From the NCBI GenBank assembly GCA_030595185.1, contig JAUVDT010000002.1, forward strand, positions 1-61,125: a DNA stretch of 61,125 nt, written 5' to 3'. The notes under the pieces are model-generated. The model ran no database searches and was not told the DNA's origin. It saw only the letters and a list, made by a program, of their open reading frames with translations. A program made the position numbers and the translations under genes. Below, in pieces: positions 18,511-28,022 of the stretch (its first letter is position 1; the number at the start of each line of letters is the position of its first letter). This DNA comes from Gammaproteobacteria bacterium (GTDB lineage Bacteria; Pseudomonadota; Gammaproteobacteria; SZUA-229).

Positions 18511-21195
18511 TTATTTTTTCTGCGCTGCTTTCATCGTTATTTGGGCGCATTTGCGCAAGTCAGATGCCATTTGAGATGCCTTTTGATATCTCTTTTCAAT
18601 ATTCTTAGCCATAGCACGATTTATAATGATTGTAATACATCTTGGTAGGCCTTTACGAATAGAACTTGGATCAGGGTGAGGTTCATTAGCTATTTTATAC
18701 ATCAGAGTCGCCATTGAATCGGCTTGAAAAGGCAGTTCCCCAGTCGCTAACTGGAATAACATGACGCCTAAAGAAAATAGATCGGAACGGCCATCAACAC
18801 GTTTACCGGCTAATTGTTCGGGTGACATATAAGATGGAGTACCTAATACCATACCTGTTTTAGTTTTGCTTGAATCGGTTATTCGAGCTATACCAAAGTC
18901 AGTAATTTTAAGTGAATCTGATGCATCTTCATACATGATGTTGGCAGGTTTTATATCACGATGAACAACATTTTGTTGGTGCGCATATTCAAGTGCATCA
19001 GCAGATCGAGCAATTATAGATATTACTTTTAATAAAGGTAACAGGTTATCTGGCTTAGTGTGTGCAGCTAAATCTGACCCTTTAATATATTCCATCGCTA
19101 TGTACGCGAGATCATGTTCTTCACCGGCATCGTATATGGTTACGATATTAGGGTGGCTAAGTCGACCAGCTGTTTCGGCTTCGCGGAAGAATCTGTTTTT
19201 AACATCTTGTAATTCATCTTCTTCAAACTCTTGCGATAACGCCATTGTTTTAATCGCCACAACACGACTAATTTTTGGATCTTTACCTAAGTAGACAGAG
19301 CCCATAGCGCCTTTACCCAGCTCTTTTTCTACTTCATAACGTCCTAACATTGGTTTTTGTAAACCAGCACCTTCTAGTACCAATGTGCCACCAGCAGAAG
19401 AGCCAGCTGAACCACCTAAAATAACGGTTTCTTCCATTGCCTTGGTGCGGGCTAAGCGTTGGTTAATATCTTTAAATTTAGGATCAAATTCAGCAATATA
19501 ATTGTATACCGATGTGGCTTTATTAAATTGGCGTTTTCTTTCGTAATCGAGAGCTAAATTGTAAAGTAATTCCATTGTCGATTTATCAAGAGGGATTTTG
19601 CGAAACTTTTCAAAGGCCATGTCGAGTTGGCCCTGACCCTGGAATGACAAACCTAACATTCGATTACTTTCGGCAGATTCAAAATCAGATTGCAATTTTC
19701 CACGTTCCGTCAGTAAGAAGTGTTTTGTGGTGAGTAGTAAATGGCCGGTTAACAGTAATAACACCGGCAGCATTAATTCAATCCACCAGTTCTGTTGAGT
19801 CATTAATACATAGTGGGTTAATAACATACTAACGGTAAAGGTGGATGTAATGACGAATGCCATGGCAGCTTTTAATCGAGGTAAAATTAAAATTAGGTAA
19901 ATGCCAATGAATAAAATTAGACCTATTTGAGCAAAAATAGCCCACTTAGGTACAATGAAAAAGTCTTGTTTAAGAATACTTGAAACAGAGTGAGCTAATG
20001 TTTCTACCGGTGACATTCCTGGTTTGATAGGTGTTACCTGAGTTGAACCAACGCCAATGGCTGTTGCACCAATTAAAACAATTTTATCTTTGTATTTTGC
20101 AACAGGAATTTTGCCGCTGATGACATCGTAAAATGAATCAATTTGAAATGCAGATTGTCCATTTTCTTTGTCATTATAAAAGAAAGTATGCATTTGCAGT
20201 GATTCGTCGGTGCGAATATCCAGTTTACCTACTTTAACGCCTTCACCAAATTTTACTAAAATATCACTTAGGTCGAGGTTAAGTCCTTTGGCAGCAAGGA
20301 TTAAAGCGAGGGAAGGGTAATAAGCACCGTAATGATCGATAACCAAAGCTTCGTTACGAATGCTGCCATCTGAATCGGGTACAGAAATTAAATTACCGAT
20401 TGCCAATGCGTCTTTGCTTAATTCACTAATGGGCGTAAGGGTTTTGTAAGAGGTCAGTGGTAAAAAACCACTTTCAATAGCTTGTGAAATTCCTACAGAT
20501 TTAGTCAGTGTATTTTTAGTAACGTAATCAGGTAATTCTTTACTTTGTTTGCCAAGTTGAGGGCCGATAAAGAAAGGCATAGAAAGTACAACTTTGCCGT
20601 TTTCTTTAATCGACTTAGCAAAAATACGATCAGTATTTAAATTGTGTTCAGCTCTTATTAAACTGTTTTTTAATACAGTTAGGTCATTTCCACTATTGTT
20701 AATTAATTGGCTGCGTTTTAAGAATGTAATTAATTTTTTAAGTTGATTACGTTGTTTTGAACTTAATTTGTTGATTGCAGATGAGCTGTTTTTTAATAAG
20801 GTATTTAACTTTTTAAGGTCGCTAGTAATTGAAGGTATATTGCTGTTTCGATAAAAATCTAGCAGTTCATTGATGTTTTGCAGACCAGGGTCGCGTTGTG
20901 GTTCAGTAAAGAAAATGGTCTGGCCAATAACAGCAGTATCTGTTTTGCTGAGCATGTTCAGTAGTAATGCATGCTTGTCACGAGACCAGGGCCAACGGCC
21001 TAGATTTGAAATACTGTTGTCATCAATTGCGATAATGGCAATTTTGTTACTTGGTTTTTTATTGGAGGCTCGAACGCCAAAGTCATAAGCACTTTGTTCG
21101 ATACTGGAAATAAAGTCGCTACTAGAAAACAATACAAAAGTTAACGTAATAACAAGACCGGCAAACCAATCACTTTGCCAGATTCCTTTATTCAT
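18511..21195 (-). CDS. CHASE2 sensor - TM bundle - TPR-like linker - Ser/Thr protein kinase
   Basis: N-terminal TM plus CHASE2-like region (IIAIDDNSISNLGRWPWSRD...), about 4 TM helices and a TPR-like stretch. Complete Hanks kinase at the C-terminus: GKGAMGSVY, VAIK, HRDIKPANI, DFGIA, GTPSYMSPE. Confidence 0.9.
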   Translation of the reverse strand: MNKGIWQSDWFAGLVITLTFVLFSSSDFISSIEQSAYDFGVRASNKKPSNKIAIIAIDDNSISNLGRWPWSRDKHALLLNMLSKTDTAVIGQTIFFTEPQRDPGLQNINELLDFYRNSNIPSITSDLKKLNTLLKNSSSAINKLSSKQRNQLKKLITFLKRSQLINNSGNDLTVLKNSLIRAEHNLNTDRIFAKSIKENGKVVLSMPFFIGPQLGKQSKELPDYVTKNTLTKSVGISQAIESGFLPLTSYKTLTPISELSKDALAIGNLISVPDSDGSIRNEALVIDHYGAYYPSLALILAAKGLNLDLSDILVKFGEGVKVGKLDIRTDESLQMHTFFYNDKENGQSAFQIDSFYDVISGKIPVAKYKDKIVLIGATAIGVGSTQVTPIKPGMSPVETLAHSVSSILKQDFFIVPKWAIFAQIGLILFIGIYLILILPRLKAAMAFVITSTFTVSMLLTHYVLMTQQNWWIELMLPVLLLLTGHLLLTTKHFLLTERGKLQSDFESAESNRMLGLSFQGQGQLDMAFEKFRKIPLDKSTMELLYNLALDYERKRQFNKATSVYNYIAEFDPKFKDINQRLARTKAMEETVILGGSAGSSAGGTLVLEGAGLQKPMLGRYEVEKELGKGAMGSVYLGKDPKISRVVAIKTMALSQEFEEDELQDVKNRFFREAETAGRLSHPNIVTIYDAGEEHDLAYIAMEYIKGSDLAAHTKPDNLLPLLKVISIIARSADALEYAHQQNVVHRDIKPANIMYEDASDSLKITDFGIARITDSSKTKTGMVLGTPSYMSPEQLAGKRVDGRSDLFSLGVMLFQLATGELPFQADSMATLMYKIANEPHPDPSSIRKGLPRCITIIINRAMAKNIEKRYQKASQMASDLRKCAQITMKAAQKK

Positions 21196-21295
21196 TATAT
21201 CGCCACCCTCATTATTATTAGAATTATATTGCCTGATATTAGTCTAAAAACAATGACTTGCATATAATCTTTGAAAAATATATTACGTTTTTATG

Positions 21296-21326
21296 AATAA
21301 AGGCCCAAAACGGATAATTTGGGCTC
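21296..21326 (-). terminator. Putative intrinsic terminator downstream of sppA
   Basis: Stem GCCCAAA/TTTGGGC (21303-21309 / 21318-21324). On the minus strand it is followed by CTTTATTCAT. Confidence 0.5.
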
Positions 21327-21351
21327 TTTTATTGGTGAATTGTGCAGGGAA

Positions 21352-22290
21352 TTACAGCCAGTGTTGTAATTGATCTGTATAAACAAGGCTGAGCATTGTT
21401 TTGCTAACTTGCCTGGTAAAGCGTTCAAGGAAATCGGGTTGATAAGTATAATCAATGATTTCTTTTTGGCCGATGATTTCTCGCGCAACATAAGCTGAGC
21501 TAGCTAGATCATCAATTAAACCCAGTTCTATACTTTGCTCACCATTCCAGATAAGGCCACTAAAGAGTTTGGGGTCGTTTTTTAATCGGTCACCACGGCC
21601 AGATTTAACATCATCGATAAAATGCTTATGAGTACTGGCTAATAAATCAGCCATATGTGCTTCCGCTTTTTTATTACGAGGAGAGAATGGGTCGAGCATG
21701 GCTTTATTCGTGCCTGCGGTGAGTTGGCGTCTTTCTACGCCCAGTTTCTTCATGGCATCTGTAAAGCCAAAGCTACTTAATCGCACACCAATTGAACCAA
21801 TTAAACTGGATTTGTTGGCATAAATTTGTTCGGTAGCCGCCGCAACATAATAACCGCCTGACGCACAAATATCGGTAACAACAGTATAGATAGGTATTTT
21901 GGGATGTAAGGTACGAAGGCGTTTTATTTCGTCATAAATCATACCAGCTTGTACCGGTGTGCCACCGGGGCTGTTGATTTCAAGAATAACACCACTGGCA
22001 TTTTTATTGCCAAAAGCATCTTGAAGGCCCTGAATAATACTATCGGCTCCGGCAGGTTCGCCAGGCATGATACCACCGGATAACTTAACTAAAGCGGTGT
22101 GTTTTTTGGTGCTACTTGATGATTCTTTAACGCTACCAGCACTGAGGAGGATGATAAATATTAGTAAGTAGCCAAAACCTAAAAGTTTAAAAAAGATGCC
22201 CCAACGTCGAGCGCTTTTTTGTTCTTTTATTCCAGCTAGCGCTATTTCTCTCCGCGCTTCTTTTTCCCAGTTGTTTTCAGTATCTGACAT
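21352..22290 (-). CDS. sppA: Signal peptide peptidase SppA, 36K type (S49 peptidase)
   Basis: N-terminal TM, S49 core (EINSPGG, CASGGYYVAAA, GSIGV). Sits in the rne-rluC-HAD-sppA neighbourhood, as in pseudomonads. Confidence 0.85.
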   Translation of the reverse strand: MSDTENNWEKEARREIALAGIKEQKSARRWGIFFKLLGFGYLLIFIILLSAGSVKESSSSTKKHTALVKLSGGIMPGEPAGADSIIQGLQDAFGNKNASGVILEINSPGGTPVQAGMIYDEIKRLRTLHPKIPIYTVVTDICASGGYYVAAATEQIYANKSSLIGSIGVRLSSFGFTDAMKKLGVERRQLTAGTNKAMLDPFSPRNKKAEAHMADLLASTHKHFIDDVKSGRGDRLKNDPKLFSGLIWNGEQSIELGLIDDLASSAYVAREIIGQKEIIDYTYQPDFLERFTRQVSKTMLSLVYTDQLQHWL

Positions 22291-22314
22291 GACGATTCTT
22301 TATATTAATTGTTG

Positions 22315-22986
22315 TTATAGTTTTCCTGATGATTGTGTGTTCAACCATTCAGGCAGTTCGTGTATCTGATTAATATGTCCTAATGGATTATATTTTAATA
22401 AACGATCGATAGAGTGTACACCATAACTAACGGCTAAAGAGTGAGTTCCTGCATTTTGAGCTAACTCCATATCGTATTCGGTGTCACCAATCATTAACGT
22501 TTGTTCGGGTTCTATGGCTAATTCGTGCATTATCTCTTCTAACATTTGTGGATGCGGCTTAGAAAACGTTTCAGATGCGCATCGTGTGGTTAGAAAAAAT
22601 GAACCGAGTTCGCTTTCATTTAAAACTAAATCAAGACCTTCTCTGCCTTTTCCAGTTGCGACTGCCATCCAGTATCCTTTGTCTTTTAAGGCTTGTAAAA
22701 CGTCTTTAGCACCTTTAAATAAAGGGCTATGAGTGTCGTTTTTAACGAGATAGTGGTAACGATATCTGTCTGAGTAGGCGGTAACTTCTTGTGATGAAAA
22801 AGCAGGGTAGAGGCTCTGTGTCGCTTCTTTTAAACCCAGCCCAATCACGTTGCTGAATTCGTCATCAGAAAGTTGTGTGGCGTCGCAATCATTAGCAGCG
22901 GCTTTAAGGCAGTCTAAAATTCTTTGATGTGAATCCATTAATGTACCGTCCCAGTCAAAGACGATTAATTCAAATGCTTTATTCAT
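22315..22986 (-). CDS. HAD-IA family hydrolase (phosphoglycolate phosphatase-like)
   Basis: HAD motif I FDWDGTL, motif II VATGK, motif IV GDTEYD. ATG at 22986 overlaps the rluC stop (AATGAATAA) and is preferred over the longer ORF starting at 23004. Confidence 0.8.
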   Translation of the reverse strand: MNKAFELIVFDWDGTLMDSHQRILDCLKAAANDCDATQLSDDEFSNVIGLGLKEATQSLYPAFSSQEVTAYSDRYRYHYLVKNDTHSPLFKGAKDVLQALKDKGYWMAVATGKGREGLDLVLNESELGSFFLTTRCASETFSKPHPQMLEEIMHELAIEPEQTLMIGDTEYDMELAQNAGTHSLAVSYGVHSIDRLLKYNPLGHINQIHELPEWLNTQSSGKL

Positions 22987-23929
22987 TGTTTCGTAGAGTC
23001 TCAATAATATTTTTTAAGGGTGCTTCCAGAGGTGCAGTGACTTGTATGGGGCCGTTTAAATTAAAGGAAAGGTGTCTGGCATGCAAAAACATGCGCCCTA
23101 AACCTAAGCCCTTAATTCGTTTATTAAAATTTTTGTCACCGTACTTTTCATCGCCTGCAACATGGTGGTTTTCGCTTGCGGCATGTACGCGTATTTGATG
23201 AGTGCGGCCAGTTAAGAGTGTGACTTCAACTAAACTGCAGTCGTTAAATTGTTCAACGGGTTTAAAAAGGCTAACCGCTGTTTTACCATTGGCATTAACG
23301 GTCACCATGCGTTCGCCACCTTTAATCTCATTTTTACTCAGTGGCGCATCAATTCTATTCTCAGACTCAGTCCAGTTACCTTTAGTTAAAGTGAGGTATT
23401 GTTTTTTAATCTCTTTATTAGAATTAAATAGAGCATTTAATTGAGTGAGTGCCTTACGAGATTTTGCAAGCACTAAGCAGCCGCTAGTTTGTCGGTCAAG
23501 CCGATGCACTAATTCTATAAACTGGTCTTTAAAGCGTTCGGCACGCAAAATGTCGATCACTCCAAAAGCGATATTGCTGCCAGCATGAACGGCTAGTCCT
23601 GCTGGTTTGTTGATAATGAATACATCGTCATTTTCAAAGAGAATGCTGTTGTTGATCTCATCGAAAAAACGATCAGGAATATCAGGGTGTTTACTTTCAG
23701 TGATGCGAACAGGAGGAATTCTAACAATGTCACCGATAACAATTCGGTGGCTGGGTTTTATCCGGCCTTTGTTAACGCGAACTTCACCGCTGCGCAATAT
23801 TTTATAAATACGACTTTTAGGTAAGCCTTTGAGTTTCGACATTAAAAAGTTGTCTATTCTCTGGCCGTCATTATCGGCATTGATTTCAATATTTTGGACT
23901 TTTGTTGGGGGAGTATTAGGTATTGGCAT
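22979..23929 (-). CDS. rluC: 23S rRNA pseudouridine synthase RluC (RluA family)
   Basis: S4 domain (QRIDNFL) and catalytic motif HRLDRQTSG. Divergent from rne as in E. coli. Confidence 0.9.
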   Translation of the reverse strand: MPIPNTPPTKVQNIEINADNDGQRIDNFLMSKLKGLPKSRIYKILRSGEVRVNKGRIKPSHRIVIGDIVRIPPVRITESKHPDIPDRFFDEINNSILFENDDVFIINKPAGLAVHAGSNIAFGVIDILRAERFKDQFIELVHRLDRQTSGCLVLAKSRKALTQLNALFNSNKEIKKQYLTLTKGNWTESENRIDAPLSKNEIKGGERMVTVNANGKTAVSLFKPVEQFNDCSLVEVTLLTGRTHQIRVHAASENHHVAGDEKYGDKNFNKRIKGLGLGRMFLHARHLSFNLNGPIQVTAPLEAPLKNIIETLRNNE

Positions 23930-24355
23930 AATTTAATTATACCATTTAATATCAATATCTTAGGATAAAATATAAAAGCCTTTACAGCATAAGTTAAATA
24001 ATGCCAGAATAGAGGTGCGGTAAAAGAATAAAATTCCGCGCCCTGACCAGCTAAAGGCTTTGTTTTAAGGGCATTTAATGTACTACCCGCTTTATAGAGC
24101 GGAAGAAAAAAGATTTTAGTTTGATGTGCAATTGGGCATATCAAATATGTGAATAAATAACGTAAGTTACTGTAATTATTGTGGATATTGTTTTTCATAC
24201 ATCTGTTGGGCCTGCCATGTGGGCCATCATCTTGATTTCACCGCTTTTGCTTGTGGCGCTTATGTTCGCCCCTAAAAAGCTTGTGGTTGAAATCAATTCG
24301 CGTCTCAAAACATCAGGCGTTAGAGCAGTTCCACACTTTCTAGGTTTAAATCAAA

Positions 24356-26596
24356 ATGAAACGTATTTTAATCAATGCAACTCAAAAAGAAGAGTTGCGT
24401 GTGGCTATGGTAGAGGGCCAAAAACTCTACGATCTCGATATCGAAGTCCCATCACGGGAACAGAAAAAGGCTAATATCTATAAGGGTACTATTACCCGTA
24501 TTGAGCCCAGTCTTGAAGCAGCATTTGTTGATTATGGCGCTGATCGCCATGGTTTCTTGCCGTTTAAAGAAGTCGCTCGTGGCTACTTTTCTGACGAAGC
24601 TAAAAAGGCCAGTGGTCGTCCCGATATCAAAACAGCGCTTAGAGAAGGTCAAGAAGTCGTTGTTCAAATCGATAAAGAAGAACGTGGTAATAAAGGTGCT
24701 GCTTTAACGACTTTTATCAGTTTAGCAGGCCGTTATATGGTCTTGATGCCTAATAACCCGCGTGCTGGTGGTGTTTCTCGTCGTATTGAAGGTGAAGACC
24801 GCAGCGAAATTCGCGAAATCATGGCTAATCTCAATACGCCTGAAGGCATGGGCTTAATAGTTCGTACAGCAGGTGTGGGTCGTAACCAGGAAGAATTACA
24901 GTGGGATTTGAACTACTTAATTCAGGTTTGGACCGCAATTGACACGGCTTCACAAAAACCAGCTCCATTCCTTATCTATCAAGAAAGTAATGTCATTATC
25001 CGTGCATTACGCGATTACTTCCGTAATGATGTCGGCGAAATTTTAATTGATGATCCTAAAGTTTTCAAAACAGCAGAAGATTTCATCAAGCAGGTTATGC
25101 CTAATAACCTGAAGAAGATTAAATTGTATGAGGATTCGATTCCTTTATTTAATCGTTTCCAAATTGAAAGTCAGATCGAGTCGGCCTACCAGCGTGAAGT
25201 GCGTTTACCTTCCGGTGGTGCAATAGTCATTGATCATACCGAAGCCTTGATTGCTGTTGATGTGAACTCTGCTCGCGCAACAAAAGGTGGTGATATTGAA
25301 GAAACAGCTTTCAATACTAACCTTGAGTCTGCCGATGAGGTTGCTCGTCAATTACGCTTAAGAGACTTAGGTGGTTTGGTTGTTATTGACTTTATCGACA
25401 TGGTTTCAAATAAACACCAGCGTGAAGTTGAGAATCGCTTACGTGATGCTTTAAAAATGGATCGCGCTCGAGTACAAATTGGTCGAATCTCTCGTTTTGG
25501 CTTATTAGAAATGTCTCGCCAGCGTTTGCGACCTTCTTTAGGTGAAGCAACGCAAATTAATTGTCCTCGTTGTTCTGGTCACGGAACAATTAGAAGTACA
25601 GAGTCGCTTGCTGTTTCTGTTATTCGTTTATTAGAAGAAGAGGCATTAAAAGAACAAACAGGGCAGGTGAATTTACAAGCACCTGTTGATGTTGCGACGT
25701 ATTTAATGAATGAGAAACGCGATTCTATCGTTGATATTCAGAAAAATACAAATGTAAAAGTCGTTATTATTCCAAATCCAAGTATGGTGACGCCTCAGTA
25801 TGAAATTCTTCGTGTTCGTAATAATGAACAAGAGGAAGTTTCGTCATCTAGAAGTTATCGATTGATGACAGAAGTTGAAGAAGAAAGTACTTCTCAACAA
25901 GCGGGCGATGAATCGGCAGTTTTTGAAAAACCTGCAGTGCAATCTGTTGCTCCTGCGGCGCCTGTACCAGAACATACTACTAAGTCGGAAACCAAAAAAT
26001 CATCTCCAGCTGCGAAGAAACAAGGTTTGTTTGGTCGTTTAATGGCGCTGTTGTTTGGAACGAATGAAGCTAAACCACAACAGAAAACGAGATCTCGTTC
26101 TAATTCTAATTCTGGAAGAAGAGATTCACGTGGTCGTGGTGGTAGAAATGATCGTCGTCGTGGGCAAAATCAACAAAAACGCGGTCGTAATGATCGTAAT
26201 GCTCCTCGTAAGCAGCAAGATTCTGGCTCAGCGCAAAAGCAAAAGCAGCAGCAGTCTAAGCAGCAGAATGAAAGTAATACTGAGAAGCAAGACGAGTCAT
26301 CAAATCAGAATAGAGGTAACAGGGGTAGACGCGGTGGTCGTAATCGTGGTCGTCGTAACCCTAACCCTAACCCTAACCAGCAAAAGCAGCAAACACAAAA
26401 TACTGCTGTAGATGGTAATGTTAAAACGCCTGATCAGTCACAGTCAGTTAAGCCAAAACAAAATACTGATTCGGTAGAAAAGAAACCGGCTCCAACTACT
26501 AATGCAAATGAAAATCGTACTATCAGTAGTGGGCAGCCAAGTTCATCATCTGCTGAAAAAGTGACAAAGAATACTGATTCAGAGAATAATTCTTAA
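24356..26596 (+). CDS. rne: Ribonuclease E
   Basis: [17 protein letters not shown] start, S1 domain, DNase-I-like region ([15 protein letters not shown]), Zn-link CPRCSGHG. Short R/Q/N-rich low-complexity C-terminal half; 746 aa in total. Confidence 0.95.
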   Translation: MKRILINATQKEELRVAMVEGQKLYDLDIEVPSREQKKANIYKGTITRIEPSLEAAFVDYGADRHGFLPFKEVARGYFSDEAKKASGRPDIKTALREGQEVVVQIDKEERGNKGAALTTFISLAGRYMVLMPNNPRAGGVSRRIEGEDRSEIREIMANLNTPEGMGLIVRTAGVGRNQEELQWDLNYLIQVWTAIDTASQKPAPFLIYQESNVIIRALRDYFRNDVGEILIDDPKVFKTAEDFIKQVMPNNLKKIKLYEDSIPLFNRFQIESQIESAYQREVRLPSGGAIVIDHTEALIAVDVNSARATKGGDIEETAFNTNLESADEVARQLRLRDLGGLVVIDFIDMVSNKHQREVENRLRDALKMDRARVQIGRISRFGLLEMSRQRLRPSLGEATQINCPRCSGHGTIRSTESLAVSVIRLLEEEALKEQTGQVNLQAPVDVATYLMNEKRDSIVDIQKNTNVKVVIIPNPSMVTPQYEILRVRNNEQEEVSSSRSYRLMTEVEEESTSQQAGDESAVFEKPAVQSVAPAAPVPEHTTKSETKKSSPAAKKQGLFGRLMALLFGTNEAKPQQKTRSRSNSNSGRRDSRGRGGRNDRRRGQNQQKRGRNDRNAPRKQQDSGSAQKQKQQQSKQQNESNTEKQDESSNQNRGNRGRRGGRNRGRRNPNPNPNQQKQQTQNTAVDGNVKTPDQSQSVKPKQNTDSVEKKPAPTTNANENRTISSGQPSSSSAEKVTKNTDSENNS
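26357..26378 (+). repeat. Hexanucleotide microsatellite (AACCCT)x3+AACC inside rne, encoding NPNPNPN
   Basis: Read directly: aaccctaaccctaaccctaacc, in frame with rne. Confidence 0.95.
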
Positions 26597-26613
26597 TTAG
26601 TTAATAAGTATTG

Positions 26614-26651
26614 CAGCCATTAATCGTATTGATTAATGGCTGTTTTATTTT
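26614..26651 (+). terminator. Intrinsic terminator of rne
   Basis: 12-bp stem CAGCCATTAATC / GATTAATGGCTG with loop GTATT, followed by TTTTATTTT. The T-tract overlaps the stop of the convergent ptp gene. Confidence 0.8.
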
Positions 26652-27120
26652 AAGCTTTTTGTATTTTGTCTAGTAAACCCTTTGACGCATCGTCAACCAA
26701 ATCAAATACGTGATCAAAACCTTTAGCGCCGCCATAATATGGATCGGGTACTTCTGTTTCACTAAAGCTAGTTGAATAATTCATAAACAATTCAACTTTG
26801 TGCTGTAAGTGGTCAGGACAAATTCGAATTAACTCGCTGTGGTTGCTTTCATCCATAACCAATATGTAATCAAAGTCATCAAAGTCATCAATAGCCACTT
26901 TTCGTGCACGTTGTTGGCTCATGTCGATATTACGTGAAGTTGCAGTCGACATTGATCGTTTATCTGGTGGGTCGCCAATGTGGTATGCATGTGTGCCTGC
27001 AGAATCGATGTGAATGTGATCAATATTCATTCTTTTTGTTAAGTCTCTAAATACGCCTTCAGCCGTTGGTGATCGACAGATATTGCCCATGCAGACGAAT
27101 AATACATTTACTTGTTTCAT
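26650..27120 (-). CDS. Low-molecular-weight protein-tyrosine phosphatase
   Basis: P-loop VLFVCMGNICRSP (CX5R) and the DPYYG acid loop, 156 aa. Confidence 0.92.
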   Translation of the reverse strand: MKQVNVLFVCMGNICRSPTAEGVFRDLTKRMNIDHIHIDSAGTHAYHIGDPPDKRSMSTATSRNIDMSQQRARKVAIDDFDDFDYILVMDESNHSELIRICPDHLQHKVELFMNYSTSFSETEVPDPYYGGAKGFDHVFDLVDDASKGLLDKIQKA

Positions 27121-27384
27121 AGTGTCTCAATGTTGTGGTCATACAGGGTTTATTACTCAATGTGTTTGCTGCTGTTTGATTCAGGTGCGGCACAAGTGAT
27201 GGTAATAATTCAATGTAACGATTGATGTTATATAATCAGTTAATATTTTCGAATTCAATCATAAACCGATTCAACTTAGGTTTCCAATGCCGTGAAAATG
27301 TGTAGGTCTCATTACTTAAAAGTATTTAACTAAGGCTTCAGCTCTGCGTTAAAATACACGTTATATATTTATTTGGATATTTCT

Positions 27385-27891
27385 ATGAAGTTAAAAGAAA
27401 TCGATAAGGCGCGCTATCGCAAGCATCTTAATGTTGTGATTTTTTGTATGGCAGCGGCTTTGATTATTATCTCGCAGGGTACTTCTGCACTGTTTATTTA
27501 TATTTTTAGTCAGCCTGAAGCTTCGCATTTTTATCATATAATTGCTGCCGTCGCGACTGCAGCTGTCATTGTGGTCTATGTGGTTAATAAGTATCGCTAC
27601 CATTCGTATATGTCTGAAGTGGTGTATGTGTGGGATTTAAAACAACTGTTAAATAAAATACAGCGAAAGCAGCGTAAGATTAAGTCTGCTGTTGAAGCTG
27701 ATGATAAAGATGCGATGATAGTTATGAACTTTATGTATCGAGGTTCTAAACAGCTTTATGAGTTAGATGACAACACCATTACGATTGAAGATTTGCTATT
27801 GTTGATTAATGCTCTTGATCAACGTATGGAAAAAGCAGGTTTATCTTTATCGACAGATTCATTTGAGCCGAGCATGTTGGATCGATTTTAG
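27385..27891 (+). CDS. Hypothetical two-TM membrane protein (possibly DUF3087-like)
   Basis: MKLKEIDKARYRKHLN start, two hydrophobic helices, then a soluble helical C-terminus. The family assignment is from memory only. ATG 27385 is preferred to TTG 27373. Confidence 0.5.
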   Translation: MKLKEIDKARYRKHLNVVIFCMAAALIIISQGTSALFIYIFSQPEASHFYHIIAAVATAAVIVVYVVNKYRYHSYMSEVVYVWDLKQLLNKIQRKQRKIKSAVEADDKDAMIVMNFMYRGSKQLYELDDNTITIEDLLLLINALDQRMEKAGLSLSTDSFEPSMLDRF

Positions 27892-28022
27892 CTTCCAATA
27901 GCAGCAATCTAATCAAATAAAAACCCTTAGCAGTAATACCTCAGTGATTGCATTGGTGCTTCATAGTACAATGCACCAATAACTTATTTAATACGCGTTT
28001 AAAGTACTAACAGTGGAAAACT

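Noticed and set aside
16927-21195. Interpretation of the FHA/PP2C/STK triad as a type VI secretion post-translational regulator (Fha1/PppA/PpkA)
   Set aside because: No T6SS structural genes occur anywhere in the window. In addition, the kinase has a CHASE2/TPR architecture, unlike PpkA.
24181-24474. 97-aa GTG-initiated ORF with a hydrophobic segment in the rne leader, overlapping the rne start
   Set aside because: It runs out of frame into the highly conserved rne N-terminus, has no RBS, and its composition is typical of a chance ORF. It is more likely untranslated leader.
26357-26378. Telomere-like (CCCTAA)n motif
   Set aside because: Only three units, in frame within rne and encoding NPNPNPN. 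This is a coincidental resemblance, kept only as a microsatellite note.
26055-26411. 118-aa alternative-frame ORF within the rne 3' region (poly-Val)
   Set aside because: Artefact of the repetitive CGT/GGT/AAC-rich coding sequence of the RNase E tail.
27949-27980. Two mutually exclusive hairpins (TGCATTG/CAATGCA and ATTGGTGC/GCACCAAT) upstream of cysS, as a possible leader switch
   Set aside because: They arise from one slipped imperfect palindrome. There is no T-tract, no T-box-like features, and no known cysS leader regulation in Gammaproteobacteria. The element may just be a weak terminator for the upstream gene.
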